64,000 nucleotides of DNA from an uncultured bacterium (GTDB lineage: Bacteria; Deinococcota; Deinococci; Deinococcales; Marinithermaceae), in the NCBI GenBank assembly GCA_964566305.1, contig CAZMIF010000062.1:7484-71483 (forward strand). Reading direction: 5' to 3'. This document shows positions 38,267 to 48,800 of the stretch, piece by piece. The position numbers and the translations under genes were made by a program. The notes beneath the pieces were generated by a model. It had not been told where the DNA came from. It was given only the letters and a program-made list of their open reading frames with translations, and made no database searches. Numbering within the stretch: the stretch's first letter is position 1; every line of letters starts with the position of its first letter.

Positions 38267-39904
38267 CTAGTAGGGCAGCTCGGCGTAGACGCAGGTTCCC
38301 TGATTGGGAGCGCTCTCGACCCTGAAGCTGCCGCCGCGGGCCTCCACCCGCTCGCGCATCTGGGCCATGCCGAACCCTCCCAGGCCGTCGCTGGAGGGGT
38401 TTTTGGGGTCGAAGCCGACGCCGTCGTCACAGATGGTCAACCGCGCCCCCTTTTCTCCCAGCGACTCCAGCCGGACCCAGATTTGCTCGCCCGAAGAGTG
38501 CTTGGCGGTGTTGTTGAGCGCCTCCTGGAGCACCCGGAAGATGACCACCTCGGAAGCCGGTGTCAGCGAGACCGTCTCGGGCAGGTCGAGGCTGATGCGC
38601 AGCCCCACCTGCTCGGCGAAGGCGCGGGCGTAGCGCTCGATCGAGTGAATCAGTCCGTACCGCTCCAGGTCGATCGGTCGCAGGGCGAAGATGCTGCGGC
38701 GCACCTCGCGAATCTGCTGGCGCAGGGTCTGCTTGACCAGCCGGATCTCGGCTTTTGCCCGCTCCGGGTCGCGATCCAGAAGCCGCGTCGCCAGGTCGAG
38801 CTTGAGGGCCATGAAGGCCAGCGCCTGGGCGATGCCGTCGTGGATTTCGCGGGCGATACGGTTGCGCTCTTCGTTGATGGCCAGCTCCTCGGCCCGCAGG
38901 TAGGCCTGGGCGTTGCGAACCGCCAGCGCCACCTGGCGGGCCAGCAGGCGCAGGAAGGGCATTTCTTCCTTGAGGTGGCGGGCGCGACCGCGCAGGACCA
39001 GCACCCCGACCGGCTCCTTGTCGTAAAGGGGAATGGCCAAAAGGTGGGTCTCGACGAAGGTCGGCAGCTTCTTGGCCTCCTCCCAGGCGCCGCTGGGGGC
39101 GAAGGAGTGGCTGGCCTCGGGCATGTTGACCTCGGCCCAGGGGTGGAGGATGCCGTCGGAGTCGAGCAGGTAAACGGCGCCGCCGGAGGCGCCGGCCCAG
39201 TTGATGATCTTGTCGAGGAGGCCGCCGAGCAGCTTTTCCAGGTTGGCCTCGGCGCGGAGGGCCTCGTCTACTTCGAAGAGGGTCAGAAAGTCGCGGGTGC
39301 GGGCCTTGGCGGCCTCGAGCACGCTGTCTACTTCGGCCGCCAGCAGCTCCAGAAAATCGTCGTCGACGCCGCTGATAATCAGGTCGAGGCGGCCGCCGCT
39401 GCGCGGCAGCTCGAGCCGCCGCACCGCCAGACCGCGCGAGGCGTAGAAACCCGGCGTGGACCAGTGGTACCCTTCCAGCTCCAGCGAGGCGTCGGCCTCC
39501 ATGACGTCGGCCAGGGCGTTGACCACGCCGCGGATGACCTCTTCGAGGTTCTCGGTGGAGATGGAGCGGCCCAGCACCTCGCGCAGGGCCTTGAGGCGCT
39601 GGTTGGCCTCGAGCAGCTTGGCCTCGGCCTCGGCCCGCTCGCGCACCTCCTCGGAGATCCAGTCGAGGGTCAGCCACATCACCAGCGGGCCGACCACCCC
39701 GTAGAAGAAGATTTGCAGGTAGAAGAGCCAGGTACCGTTGGGCAGGAAGCGCAGCCACCACTCCAGGCCGATGACCAGCGCGGCCACGAAAATCGGCAGC
39801 ACCCGCCGCGCCCAGCGAATCCGCCTGTAGAGGTCGCTGTAGACGCCGGGCCGCGTCTGTTTCAGCGGGTCGAGCCTGTCTTTATCCGTCGTCACTCTCG
39901 TCAT
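38267..39904 (-). CDS. Membrane GAF sensor histidine kinase (HisKA_3 / NarL-partner type)
   Basis: Two N-terminal TM helices, a GAF region, the HisKA_3 H-box RIAREIHDGIAQ, and HATPase (LNNTAKHS, DDGVGF, GGFGM). No cognate LuxR-type regulator lies adjacent. Confidence 0.8.
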   Translation of the reverse strand: MTRVTTDKDRLDPLKQTRPGVYSDLYRRIRWARRVLPIFVAALVIGLEWWLRFLPNGTWLFYLQIFFYGVVGPLVMWLTLDWISEEVRERAEAEAKLLEANQRLKALREVLGRSISTENLEEVIRGVVNALADVMEADASLELEGYHWSTPGFYASRGLAVRRLELPRSGGRLDLIISGVDDDFLELLAAEVDSVLEAAKARTRDFLTLFEVDEALRAEANLEKLLGGLLDKIINWAGASGGAVYLLDSDGILHPWAEVNMPEASHSFAPSGAWEEAKKLPTFVETHLLAIPLYDKEPVGVLVLRGRARHLKEEMPFLRLLARQVALAVRNAQAYLRAEELAINEERNRIAREIHDGIAQALAFMALKLDLATRLLDRDPERAKAEIRLVKQTLRQQIREVRRSIFALRPIDLERYGLIHSIERYARAFAEQVGLRISLDLPETVSLTPASEVVIFRVLQEALNNTAKHSSGEQIWVRLESLGEKGARLTICDDGVGFDPKNPSSDGLGGFGMAQMRERVEARGGSFRVESAPNQGTCVYAELPY

Positions 39905-40613
39905 CGCCTCCGTGCTCGATGGCCCAGCGGCTCTGCCGCAGGACCCCGCGCAAGCGGTGGACCTCGTTGACGCCCAGCGCCGCCCGGTGGGTCATGCGGC
40001 GGAAGGCGCGCATCGCCCCTTCCATCCGGTGCTCGTCCGTGTACCTGATGGTTCGCAGGTAGTCTTCCAGGTCGGCGAAAAAGCGCTCCAGCTCTTCGCG
40101 GGGGGCGGGCCGGGGCCGCGCCGCCGCTGGCGGCGCGGCCCGGCTGAGAAAGAGCTCGTAGGCCACCAGCAGCACCGCCTGGGCCAGGTTCAGGCTGGCG
40201 TAGCCGCCGGTGGGTATCCGCCAGACCGCCTGGGCGCGGTCCAGCTCGGCGTTGGAAAGACCGAAGTTCTCCCGGCCGAAGAGAACCGCCACCGGGCCGC
40301 GCGCGGCCTCCCGCAAGAGCAGCGGCGCGCCCTGGCGCGGCGTGTAGACCTCGCCGGCGTAGCCTTCGCGGGCGCGGGCGCTGGTCGCCGCCACGTAGAC
40401 GCAGTCGGCCAGGGCCTCGTCCAGGTCGTCCACCACCCGGGCGCGCTCGAGCACGTCGGCCGCCCCGCGCGTCGCCAGACGGTAGGCCGACTCGTCGATC
40501 GGCCTCTCGGGGTTGACCAGCACCAGCTCGGTCAGGCCAAAGTTCTTCATCGCCCGGGCCGCCGCGCCGACGTTGCGCGGCTCCCGCGGCTCGACCAGGA
40601 CCACCCGAACCAT
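39882..40613 (-). CDS. SpoU/TrmH-family RNA 2'-O-methyltransferase (TrmJ-like)
   Basis: VVLVEPREPRNVGAAARAMKNFG N-terminus and the FGRENFGLSN and SLNLAQAV knot motifs. Confidence 0.8.
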   Translation of the reverse strand: MVRVVLVEPREPRNVGAAARAMKNFGLTELVLVNPERPIDESAYRLATRGAADVLERARVVDDLDEALADCVYVAATSARAREGYAGEVYTPRQGAPLLLREAARGPVAVLFGRENFGLSNAELDRAQAVWRIPTGGYASLNLAQAVLLVAYELFLSRAAPPAAARPRPAPREELERFFADLEDYLRTIRYTDEHRMEGAMRAFRRMTHRAALGVNEVHRLRGVLRQSRWAIEHGGDDESDDG

Positions 40614-40632
40614 CGTCTAAAGCATCCGGCGG

Positions 40633-42087
40633 CTAGGCGTGGCGCTCCACCCAGCGAACCAGCGTCCGCACCCCGAAGCCGGTGCCGCCGGCGGGACCGT
40701 TGGGGTTGTCCTCGGCGTTCCCGGCAAAGGCGGGGCCGGCGATGTCGAGGTGGACGAAGGGGGCGCTGGCGAACTCGGCCAGGAAGAGGGCCGCCTGAAT
40801 GGCGCCGCCCTCGCGGCTGCCGACGTTCTTGACGTCGGCCACCTCGCTCTTCAGCAGGCGCTTGTAGGCCGGTTCCATGGGCATCTGCCAGACCTTCTCG
40901 CCGGCCTCCTCGGCTGCCCGGGCCAGCTCGCGGGCCAGCGACTCGTCCTCGGAGAAGAGCCCGGCTATCTGCCGGCCCAGGGCGACGACGCAGGAGCCCG
41001 TCAGCGTGGAGAGCTCCACCAGCGCCGCCGGCTTCTTCTCCGAGGCGTAGGCCAGGGCGTCGGCCAGGGTCAGCCGCCCCTCGGCGTCGGTGTTGAGGAC
41101 CTCGATGGTCTTGCCGTTGTAGGCGGTGAGAACGTCGTCGACCCGGTAGGCGTGGCCGCTGATCATGTTTTCGGCGGCGGCGACGTAGGCGCGCACCTCG
41201 ACGGGCGGCTTGAGGGCGGCGATTACCTTCATGGCCCCGATCACGGCGGCCGCCCCGGCCATGTCGCCTTTCATGGTGGTCATCGAGGCGGTCGGCTTGA
41301 GCGAGTAGCCGCCGGTGTCGAAGGTGAGGCCCTTGCCCACCAGGGCCAGGTGGCCGGCCGCGGCCTCCTCGGGCTTGTAAACGAGCTCGATGAAGCGCGG
41401 CTCGTTGTCGGAGCCCTTGGCGACCGCCCAGTAGGCGCCCATGCCCAGCTCCTGGATCTTCTCGGGGCCGAAGACGTTGACCTCGAGCCCGGCCTCGGCC
41501 GCCAGCGCCTCGGCGCGGCGGGCCAGCTCGACCGGCGTCAGGACGTTGGGTGGCTCGTTGACCAGGTCGCGGGCCAGGTAGACGCCCTCGGACACCAGGC
41601 GGGCTTTGTCGACCGCCGGCCCGAAACCCTGGGCGATTACGAAGTTGCGGCGCAGGCGGGCGGGGTTGCTCTTGTACTTGTCGAAACTGTACGCGCCGAG
41701 GAAGAGGCCCTCGGCCAGCGCGTAGCTGGCTTCTTTCTTGCCGAAGCGGTCGGCCAGAAAGTTCTCGACCACGACGTCGCGGGAGTTGAGGCGGGCGGCC
41801 AGGCGCGCCAGCCTGACGCCGGCGGCGCGGACCTGCTCCAGCGTGTGGCCGCGGCGCTTGCCCAGGCTGAAGAAGACCACCTCTACCTCATCGGTGGCGT
41901 ATATTGCATGCTCTCCAAATTCGCCGCTAAAACGGGTTTTCTTGAGAAATTTGGAAAGCGCCCCGTCCATCTGCGAGTCGAGCCAGCGGCCCTCCTCGCT
42001 CAGCTGCCCGCCCAGTACGGCGACTACCCGGGCGGGCGCTTCGTGCTCGAATACCTTCCTGCGGGTGGTTTTTACGCGAATCACCAT
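40633..42087 (-). CDS. pepA: Leucyl aminopeptidase (M17)
   Basis: VGKGLTFDTGGYSLKP and NTDAEGRLTLADAL signature motifs. 484 aa. Confidence 0.9.
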   Translation of the reverse strand: MVIRVKTTRRKVFEHEAPARVVAVLGGQLSEEGRWLDSQMDGALSKFLKKTRFSGEFGEHAIYATDEVEVVFFSLGKRRGHTLEQVRAAGVRLARLAARLNSRDVVVENFLADRFGKKEASYALAEGLFLGAYSFDKYKSNPARLRRNFVIAQGFGPAVDKARLVSEGVYLARDLVNEPPNVLTPVELARRAEALAAEAGLEVNVFGPEKIQELGMGAYWAVAKGSDNEPRFIELVYKPEEAAAGHLALVGKGLTFDTGGYSLKPTASMTTMKGDMAGAAAVIGAMKVIAALKPPVEVRAYVAAAENMISGHAYRVDDVLTAYNGKTIEVLNTDAEGRLTLADALAYASEKKPAALVELSTLTGSCVVALGRQIAGLFSEDESLARELARAAEEAGEKVWQMPMEPAYKRLLKSEVADVKNVGSREGGAIQAALFLAEFASAPFVHLDIAGPAFAGNAEDNPNGPAGGTGFGVRTLVRWVERHA

Positions 42088-42153
42088 AGCAAGCCGAGCA
42101 TACCACGCCGCTTTTCCATGCGCTCCTCACCAATTCGTGACAAAATATACGCC

Positions 42154-43035
42154 ATGAAGCAGATAGGCGGATCGGCCGCCATGGAAGGCGTCATGATGAA
42201 AGCGCCCGACGCCTGGGCGCTGGCGGTGCGCCTTCCCAACGGCGAAATACACGTGGAGAGGCACGACGAACCCTCCCTTTACACTAAATACCCCTGGACG
42301 CGCCTGCCGCTCATCCGCGGCGTGGTCGCCCTGATAGACGCTCTTTCGGTCTCTTACCGGGCCCTCTCCCGCAGCGCCACGCTGGCCGGCGAGGAGGAAG
42401 AAGAACTTTCCGGCTGGGCCCTCTACCTGACGATGATCGTCAGCAGCATCATCGGCATCGGCCTCTTCATCGTCATGCCGGCGGCCATCTCGCGGCTCTT
42501 CATCGACGCCGCCGCCCGGCCGGTTCTCTACAACGCCCTGGCCGGCCTCATCAAGGCCAGCCTGCTGGTCGGCTACCTGGCCTTCATCGGCCGCTTTCCC
42601 GACGTCAAGCGTTACTTCATGTACCACGGCTCCGAGCACAAGGCGATCGCCGCCTACGAAAAGGGCCTGGAGCTGACCGTGGCCAACGTCCGCGCCCAGC
42701 CCAAGTTCCACCCGCGCTGCGGCACCACCTTTATCGCCTTCGTTATCGTTACCAGTATCGTCGTCTACAGCTTCCTGCCCCGCCCCGACGTGGTCTGGTG
42801 GCTGTTGCTCGGCCGGGTGGCCCTGCTGCCGCTGGTCTCGGCCATCGCCTTCGAGCTGCTGCGCTTCTCTTCCAGCCACGACGACCCGGTTTCCAAAGTC
42901 CTCCGCTGGCTCGGTTACCAGTTCCAGATGCTGACCGTCCGCGAGCCCGACGACGAGATGATAGAGGTGGCCATCGCCTCCACCAAGGCGGCCATTGCCG
43001 CCGGCTGGGACCCGGAAGAGAGCATGGTGGCCTGA
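42154..43035 (+). CDS. DUF1385-family membrane protein
   Basis: IGGSAAMEGVMMK N-terminus and YHGSEHKAI motif. ATG 42154. The ORF-track 798-aa version is mostly antisense to pepA. Confidence 0.8.
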   Translation: MKQIGGSAAMEGVMMKAPDAWALAVRLPNGEIHVERHDEPSLYTKYPWTRLPLIRGVVALIDALSVSYRALSRSATLAGEEEEELSGWALYLTMIVSSIIGIGLFIVMPAAISRLFIDAAARPVLYNALAGLIKASLLVGYLAFIGRFPDVKRYFMYHGSEHKAIAAYEKGLELTVANVRAQPKFHPRCGTTFIAFVIVTSIVVYSFLPRPDVVWWLLLGRVALLPLVSAIAFELLRFSSSHDDPVSKVLRWLGYQFQMLTVREPDDEMIEVAIASTKAAIAAGWDPEESMVA

Positions 43036-43042
43036 ACCGGGC

Positions 43043-44107
43043 GTGAAGGAACCGCTGGTTCTCGTCGGCTTCAGCGGCGGCGTCGACTCCTCGACGGCCG
43101 CCCTGCTGCTCAAGGAGCAGGGCTACCGGGTGCGGGGGGTGATGCTCGACCTCTGGCGCGAGACCGCCTGCGACGACGACCCGCTATGCCCGGTCGCCAG
43201 CGCCCGGCGGGTGGCGGACCGGCTGGGAATCGAGTTCGAGCTGGTCGACTGGAAGGGCGAGTTCCGCCGCCGGATCGTCGAGGGCTTCGCGGCCGCCTAC
43301 GCCCGTGGCGAAACCCCCAATCCCTGCGTTCGCTGCAACGCCGAGATAAAGTTCGCCGCCCTGCTGGAGCTGGCCGCCGCCAGCGGCGCCGCCTACGTGG
43401 CCAGCGGCCACTACGTCCGCCGGCTCGAGACCGCCGCCGGCGTCGAGCTGCACCGCGGCGACCCCGCCAAGGACCAGACCTACTTTCTCTGGCGGCTGGG
43501 CCGCGACGACCTTCCGAAGATCCTCTTCCCGCTGGGGGAAATGAGCAAGGCCGAGGTCCGCCGTCGCGCGGCCGCCGCCGGCCTGGCCAGCGCCGGCCGG
43601 GCCGAGTCGCAGAACGTCTGCTTTATCAGCGGCGGCCTGCGCGAGTTCCTGGCCCCGCGGCTGGAAAGCCGCCCGGGGCCGCTCGTCGACCTGGAGAGCG
43701 GCGAGGTGATCGGCGAGCACGCCGGGGCCGCCTTCTACACGGTTGGCCAGCGCCGGGGCCTGGGGCTCTGGAAGAGCCACCTGGAGCGCTACGTCGTCTC
43801 CGTTGACACCAAAAGGAACCTGGTCGTCGTGGGGCCGCGCCGGGCGCTTGAGCACCGGGGACTGGCGGCCCGCGAGCTGAACCTCCTCGTCGAGCCGGCC
43901 GCGCTTTACGGGAGCCTCGAGGCCGTCGTCCGCTACCGCTCGCAGCCGGTAGCCGCCCGCGTTACCGACCTCGACCCCGCCTCCGGCCGCCTCGAGCTGC
44001 GCTTCGCCGAACCCCGTTTCGCCGTCACTCCCGGCCAGTCGGTCGCCCTCTACCGGGGCTCGCGGCTCCTGGGCGGCGCGGTCATCGAACGCGCCCTGTC
44101 CTGTTAG
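43043..44107 (+). CDS. mnmA: tRNA-specific 2-thiouridylase
   Basis: PP-loop VGFSGGVDSS, NPCVRCN and KDQTYFL motifs. GTG start at 43043, just after the DUF1385 stop. Confidence 0.9.
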   Translation: MKEPLVLVGFSGGVDSSTAALLLKEQGYRVRGVMLDLWRETACDDDPLCPVASARRVADRLGIEFELVDWKGEFRRRIVEGFAAAYARGETPNPCVRCNAEIKFAALLELAAASGAAYVASGHYVRRLETAAGVELHRGDPAKDQTYFLWRLGRDDLPKILFPLGEMSKAEVRRRAAAAGLASAGRAESQNVCFISGGLREFLAPRLESRPGPLVDLESGEVIGEHAGAAFYTVGQRRGLGLWKSHLERYVVSVDTKRNLVVVGPRRALEHRGLAARELNLLVEPAALYGSLEAVVRYRSQPVAARVTDLDPASGRLELRFAEPRFAVTPGQSVALYRGSRLLGGAVIERALSC

Positions 44108-45717
44108 TGGTAAAGCGCCTTGTAGGTCGCGTAGGACCGGTAGACCCGCTCAACGTATTCGCGCGGCTCGTCGCGCGGCTGGAAACGCAGAAAGTCCCAA
44201 ACGTCGCCGCCGGCCGCCGCCAGCGCCCGGCGCGTGTAGCCGGGCCCGCCGTTGTAGGCGCTCAGCGCGCAGACCAGCAGGCCGTCGCAGGCGCGCAGCT
44301 GGGCGGCCAGGTAGTAGGCCCCGTAGCGGATGGAGGCGGCCGGGTCGAAGGGGTCGGCCGCGCCGAGCTTCCGGGAGACGTCGGCCCAGGTGCCGCTGGT
44401 GAACTGCATCAGCCCCCTGGCCCCGGTCGGGCTGACCGCCCGCGGGTCGAAACGCGACTCGACCCGCATCACCGCCCAGAGCAGTTCGGGCTCGAGCCCG
44501 AACTCGGCGGCGGCGCGGCGCACCTCGTCCTCGTAGGCCCGCGGGTAGTCCAGCATCCAGTCGCTGCGGCTTTTCCGCTCCAGGTTTCGCGTCAGCTTCA
44601 GAGCGCGCCCCCACATCCCCAGGTCCTCGAGCAGCGCCGCGTAGGCGCGGCGGCGCTGTGGGGTGTCTTCGGCCGCCAGCTGCCAGCGCACCTCCCCCCA
44701 GGCCCAGTCCTGACGGTCCGCGAGGGCCAGCGCCCGCACCCGGGCGGCGTGGGGCGGGGTGATGTATACGGAGCGGTTTTCGGGGAGCTGCGGCCAGGGC
44801 TTGCCCACCAGCACCGCCAGGCCACCGCTCAGACCGGCGTAGGCCCAGCGCTCCTCGGCCACGTCGCCGCGACGGCGGGCCAGCACCCACAGGCGCAGTT
44901 CGGCGTCGTCGGCGTACAGAGAGTCGCCCCGGGCCAGCTCCCGGTAGAGGCGCAGCGCCTCCTCCTGCCGCCCCAGTTCCTCGTAGAGCCCGGCCGCCCG
45001 CCAGCGGCCGGCGGCGTCGCCCCGCGCAAAGGCCGCGGCGGCGGCTTCCCGGCGTCCCAGCCCCAGCAGCGCCTCGCCCAGCCCGTCGGCCGCCCGCGGA
45101 CCTTCCAGCGTCTCGTAGACGGCCGCGGCCAGCTGGTAGTCACCCAGTTTGAGCAACAACCGCGCCAGCCCCCAGCTCCCCTCCGGCGAACCGGCCGCCC
45201 AGCGCTGATACCAGGGCAGGGCCTCCTGGTAGCGGCCCAGCCGGTAGAGGGCGCGCGCGTGCCAGGCGGCCTCGCCCGCGGGCGGCAGAACCGCCAGCAA
45301 CTCTTCGTAAGCGCCACCGTCGTAAAGGGCGGCGTAGGCGTCTTCGCGGCCCTGCCGCGCCAGCAGCTCCAGCTCCCGGCGCGCCTCCGGCAGCGGCATC
45401 GCCCGGGCGTAAGCGGCCACCACTCCCGGCTCGCCCAGCTGCTGACGCAGCTGCGCCACCACCAGCCAGTCGGTGGCGGCGCCGTCGAAGCGCGCCGCCC
45501 GTTCGGCGTAGGGCAGCCGCTCGGCGGCGGGCACCTGCCCGGCGCGCCCCAGCTCGCGGGCGGCCAGGATGGCCGCGTAGCTATTTCCGGCGGCCAGGGC
45601 TCGCAAGGCGGCGACGTCGCCGCTGGAGCGCGCCGCCACGAACCCGGCGTAGGGGTCCGGCAGCCGCGCGAGGGCGACGCCGAGCAGCAGCAAGACCAGC
45701 AGAACCCGCACGCGCAT
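44104..45717 (-). CDS. Soluble lytic transglycosylase-like protein (helical-repeat N-domain + SLT domain)
   Basis: Signal peptide, Ala/Leu-rich superhelical repeats, and the catalytic block VMRVESRFDPRAVSPTGARGLMQF...YNGGPG. Confidence 0.8.
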   Translation of the reverse strand: MRVRVLLVLLLLGVALARLPDPYAGFVAARSSGDVAALRALAAGNSYAAILAARELGRAGQVPAAERLPYAERAARFDGAATDWLVVAQLRQQLGEPGVVAAYARAMPLPEARRELELLARQGREDAYAALYDGGAYEELLAVLPPAGEAAWHARALYRLGRYQEALPWYQRWAAGSPEGSWGLARLLLKLGDYQLAAAVYETLEGPRAADGLGEALLGLGRREAAAAAFARGDAAGRWRAAGLYEELGRQEEALRLYRELARGDSLYADDAELRLWVLARRRGDVAEERWAYAGLSGGLAVLVGKPWPQLPENRSVYITPPHAARVRALALADRQDWAWGEVRWQLAAEDTPQRRRAYAALLEDLGMWGRALKLTRNLERKSRSDWMLDYPRAYEDEVRRAAAEFGLEPELLWAVMRVESRFDPRAVSPTGARGLMQFTSGTWADVSRKLGAADPFDPAASIRYGAYYLAAQLRACDGLLVCALSAYNGGPGYTRRALAAAGGDVWDFLRFQPRDEPREYVERVYRSYATYKALYH

Positions 45718-45802
45718 GCCTCCAATCTAGCCCGAAGCCGGATGAGGACGTTACGCCCGGCCGGGCAAACCCAAACTCATCACCAGCCGGTAAACTTGAG
45801 CC

Positions 45803-48800
45803 ATGAAGTTCGCCCACCTGCACCAGCACACCCAGTTTTCGCTGCTCGACGGGGCCGCCAAGCTCGACGAGCTCATCAACTGGGTCAAGAAAACCTCTCC
45901 CGAGGAGCCGGCGCTGGCCACCACCGACCACGGCAACCTCTTCGGTGCGGTGCAGTTTTACCGGAAGGCGACCGCCGCCGGCGTCAAGCCGCTGATCGGC
46001 TACGAGGCCTACGTGGCCGCCGAGAGCCGCTTCGACCGGACGATGCGCAAGGGTCTGGACGGCGGCTACTTTCACCTGACGCTGCTGGCGAAAAACTTTA
46101 CCGGCTACCAGAACCTGGTCCGTCTGGCGAGCCGCGCCTACCTCGAGGGCTTCTACATGAAGCCCCGCATCGACCGCGAAATCCTGGCCGAACACCACGA
46201 GGGCATCATCGCCCTCTCCGGCTGCCTGGGAGCCGAGATCCCCCAGTTCATCCTGGCCGACCGGCTCGACCTGGCCGAGGAGCGGCTGAACGAATACCTG
46301 AAAATCTTCGGCGACGACTACTTCATCGAGATCCAGGACCACGGGCTCGAGGAAGACAAGAAGGTCAACGCCGTCCTGCGCGAGTTTGCCCGCAAGTACG
46401 GACTGGGCATGGTCGCCACCAACGACGGCCACTACGTCTCCCGCGAAGACGCCCGGGCCCACGAGGTGCTGCTGGCCATCCAGTCGAAGAGCACCCTCGA
46501 CGATGAAGACCGCTGGAAGTTCCCCTGCGACGAGTTCTACGTCAAGACCCCGGAGGAGATGAAGCAGGCGCTCGCCGACTGGCCCGACGAGGTCTTCGAC
46601 AACACCGTCGAAATCGCCCGGATGTGCACGGTCGACCTGCCGGTGGGCGAGAAGATGACCTACCGCATCCCCCGCTTCCCCCTCCCCGAGGGCCGCGACG
46701 ACAACCAGTACCTGCGCGAGCTGACCTTCCGGGGCCTGCTGGAACGCTACCCCGAAAAGGTCACCTACGCCCTCTACCGCGCCTACCTGCGCAAGCTGGA
46801 GATCGAGCCCTCGGCGGACGACGAAGAGGTAATCCTGCAGCTCTCCCGGATCGACCGCCAGACCCGCGAGGCGATCGACTTCTTCCCGGACATCCGCGTC
46901 ACCACCGACTGGGACGGCTGGGCCATCCTCGCCCGCGCCGAGCACGAGCTGGGCGTCATCGAGAAGATGGGCTTCCCCGGCTACCTGCTGATCGTCCAGG
47001 ACTACATAAACTGGGCCAAAGAACAAGGCATCAGCGTGGGGCCGGGGCGCGGCAGCGCCGCCGGCAGCGTGGTGACCTACGCCATCCGTATCACCAACAT
47101 CGACCCGCTCGAGTTCGGCCTCCTCTTCGAGCGCTTTCTGAACCCCGACCGCGTCAGCATGCCCGACATCGACACCGACTTCTCCGACGTCCGCCGCGAC
47201 GAGGTGATCGACTACGTCCGCCGCCGCTACGGCGAAGACCGGGTGGCCCAGATAGCCACCTTCGGAACCCTGGCCTCCAAGGCGGCGCTGAAGGACGTGG
47301 CCCGGGTCTACGGCCTGGAGTACAAGCGGGCCGAACAGCTGGCCAAGCTGATACCCGTCAGGTTCGGCAAACCGATGCCGCTGGCCCAGGCGATGGAGCA
47401 GATTCCCGAGCTCAAGGCGGCCATGCAGCAAGACGAGAAGGTCCGCGAGGTGCTGGAGATCGCCCGCCGCCTCGAGGGCCTCAACCGCCACGCCTCGGTC
47501 CACGCCGCCGGCGTGGTCATCGCCGACGAGCCGCTGACCAACCTGGTGCCGCTCATGCGCGACACCAAGGGCAGCGGCGTCGTCACCCAGTACGACATGG
47601 GCTCGGTCGAGGCCCTGGGTCTGCTGAAGATGGACTTCCTGGGTCTGCGCACCCTCTCCTTCCTCGACGAGGCCAGGCGCATCGTCCGCGAGTCGGCCGG
47701 GGTCGAGATAGACTACGACAACCTCCCCCTCGACGACCGCAAGACCTTCGAGATGCTCTCCCGCGGCGACACCAAGGGCGTCTTCCAGCTCGAGGGCACC
47801 GGCATGACCAACACCGTCAAGGCCTTCAAGCCGGAGCGCCTGCACGACATCATCGCCATCGTCTCCCTCTACCGGCCGGGCCCGATGGACAACATCCCCG
47901 CCTACCTGCGCCGCCGCCACGGTCAGGAACCGGTCAGCTACGCCGAGTTCCCCCACGCCGAGGAGATGCTAAGGCCAATCCTGGCCGAAACCTACGGGAT
48001 TCCGGTCTATCAGGAGCAGATCATGCAAATCGCCTCGGCCGTCGCCGGTTACAGCCTGGGCGAGGCCGACATGCTGCGCCGGGCGATGGGCAAGAAGAAG
48101 GTCGAGGAGCTCAAGAGCCAGCGCGACCGCTTCATCACCGGCGCCGAGAAGCGGGGGGTGCCCCCCGACGAGGCCAGCCGTATCTTCGACCTGCTCGAGG
48201 CCTTCGCCAACTACGGGTTCAACAAGTCGCACGCCGCCGCCTACTCGCTCATCTCCTACCAGACCGCCTACGTCAAGGCCCACTTCCCGGTCGAGTTCAT
48301 GGCCGCCCTGCTCACCGTCGAACGCCGCAACTCCGACAAGGTGGCCGAGTACATCCGCGACGCCGAGGCCAGCGGTATTCACGTCCTGCCGCCCGACATC
48401 AACCGCTCCGGTGCCGACTTCCGCGTCGTCGGCCGCGAGATCCTCTTCGGCCTCTCGGCCGTCAAGAACGTCGGCGAGGGGGCCGTCGAGAGCATCCTCC
48501 ACGAGCGCGAGAAGGGCGGGCCCTACAAGAGCCTGCCCGACTTCCTCAAACGGGTCGACCTGCACCACGTCAACAAGCGGGCGCTCGAGTCGCTCATCAA
48601 GGCCGGCGCCTTCGACGCCTTCGGCGAACGCGGGCAGATGCTCGAGGCCATCGAGGGCCTGCTCAAGTGGGCCGCCGCCGAGCAGCAAAAGAGCGCCGGC
48701 GGCCTGACCGGCCTCTTCGACAGCGAGGTAACCGAGCCGGCGCTGCCGCAGGTGCCGCCCCTGGAAGAGGTGATCAGGCTGCGCTACGAGAAGGAGGCGC

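Noticed and set aside
40639-42153. N-terminal ~500 aa of the 798-aa ORF 40639-43035.
   Set aside because: This part is antisense to pepA and low-complexity. Only the last 293 aa, from ATG 42154, carry DUF1385 motifs.
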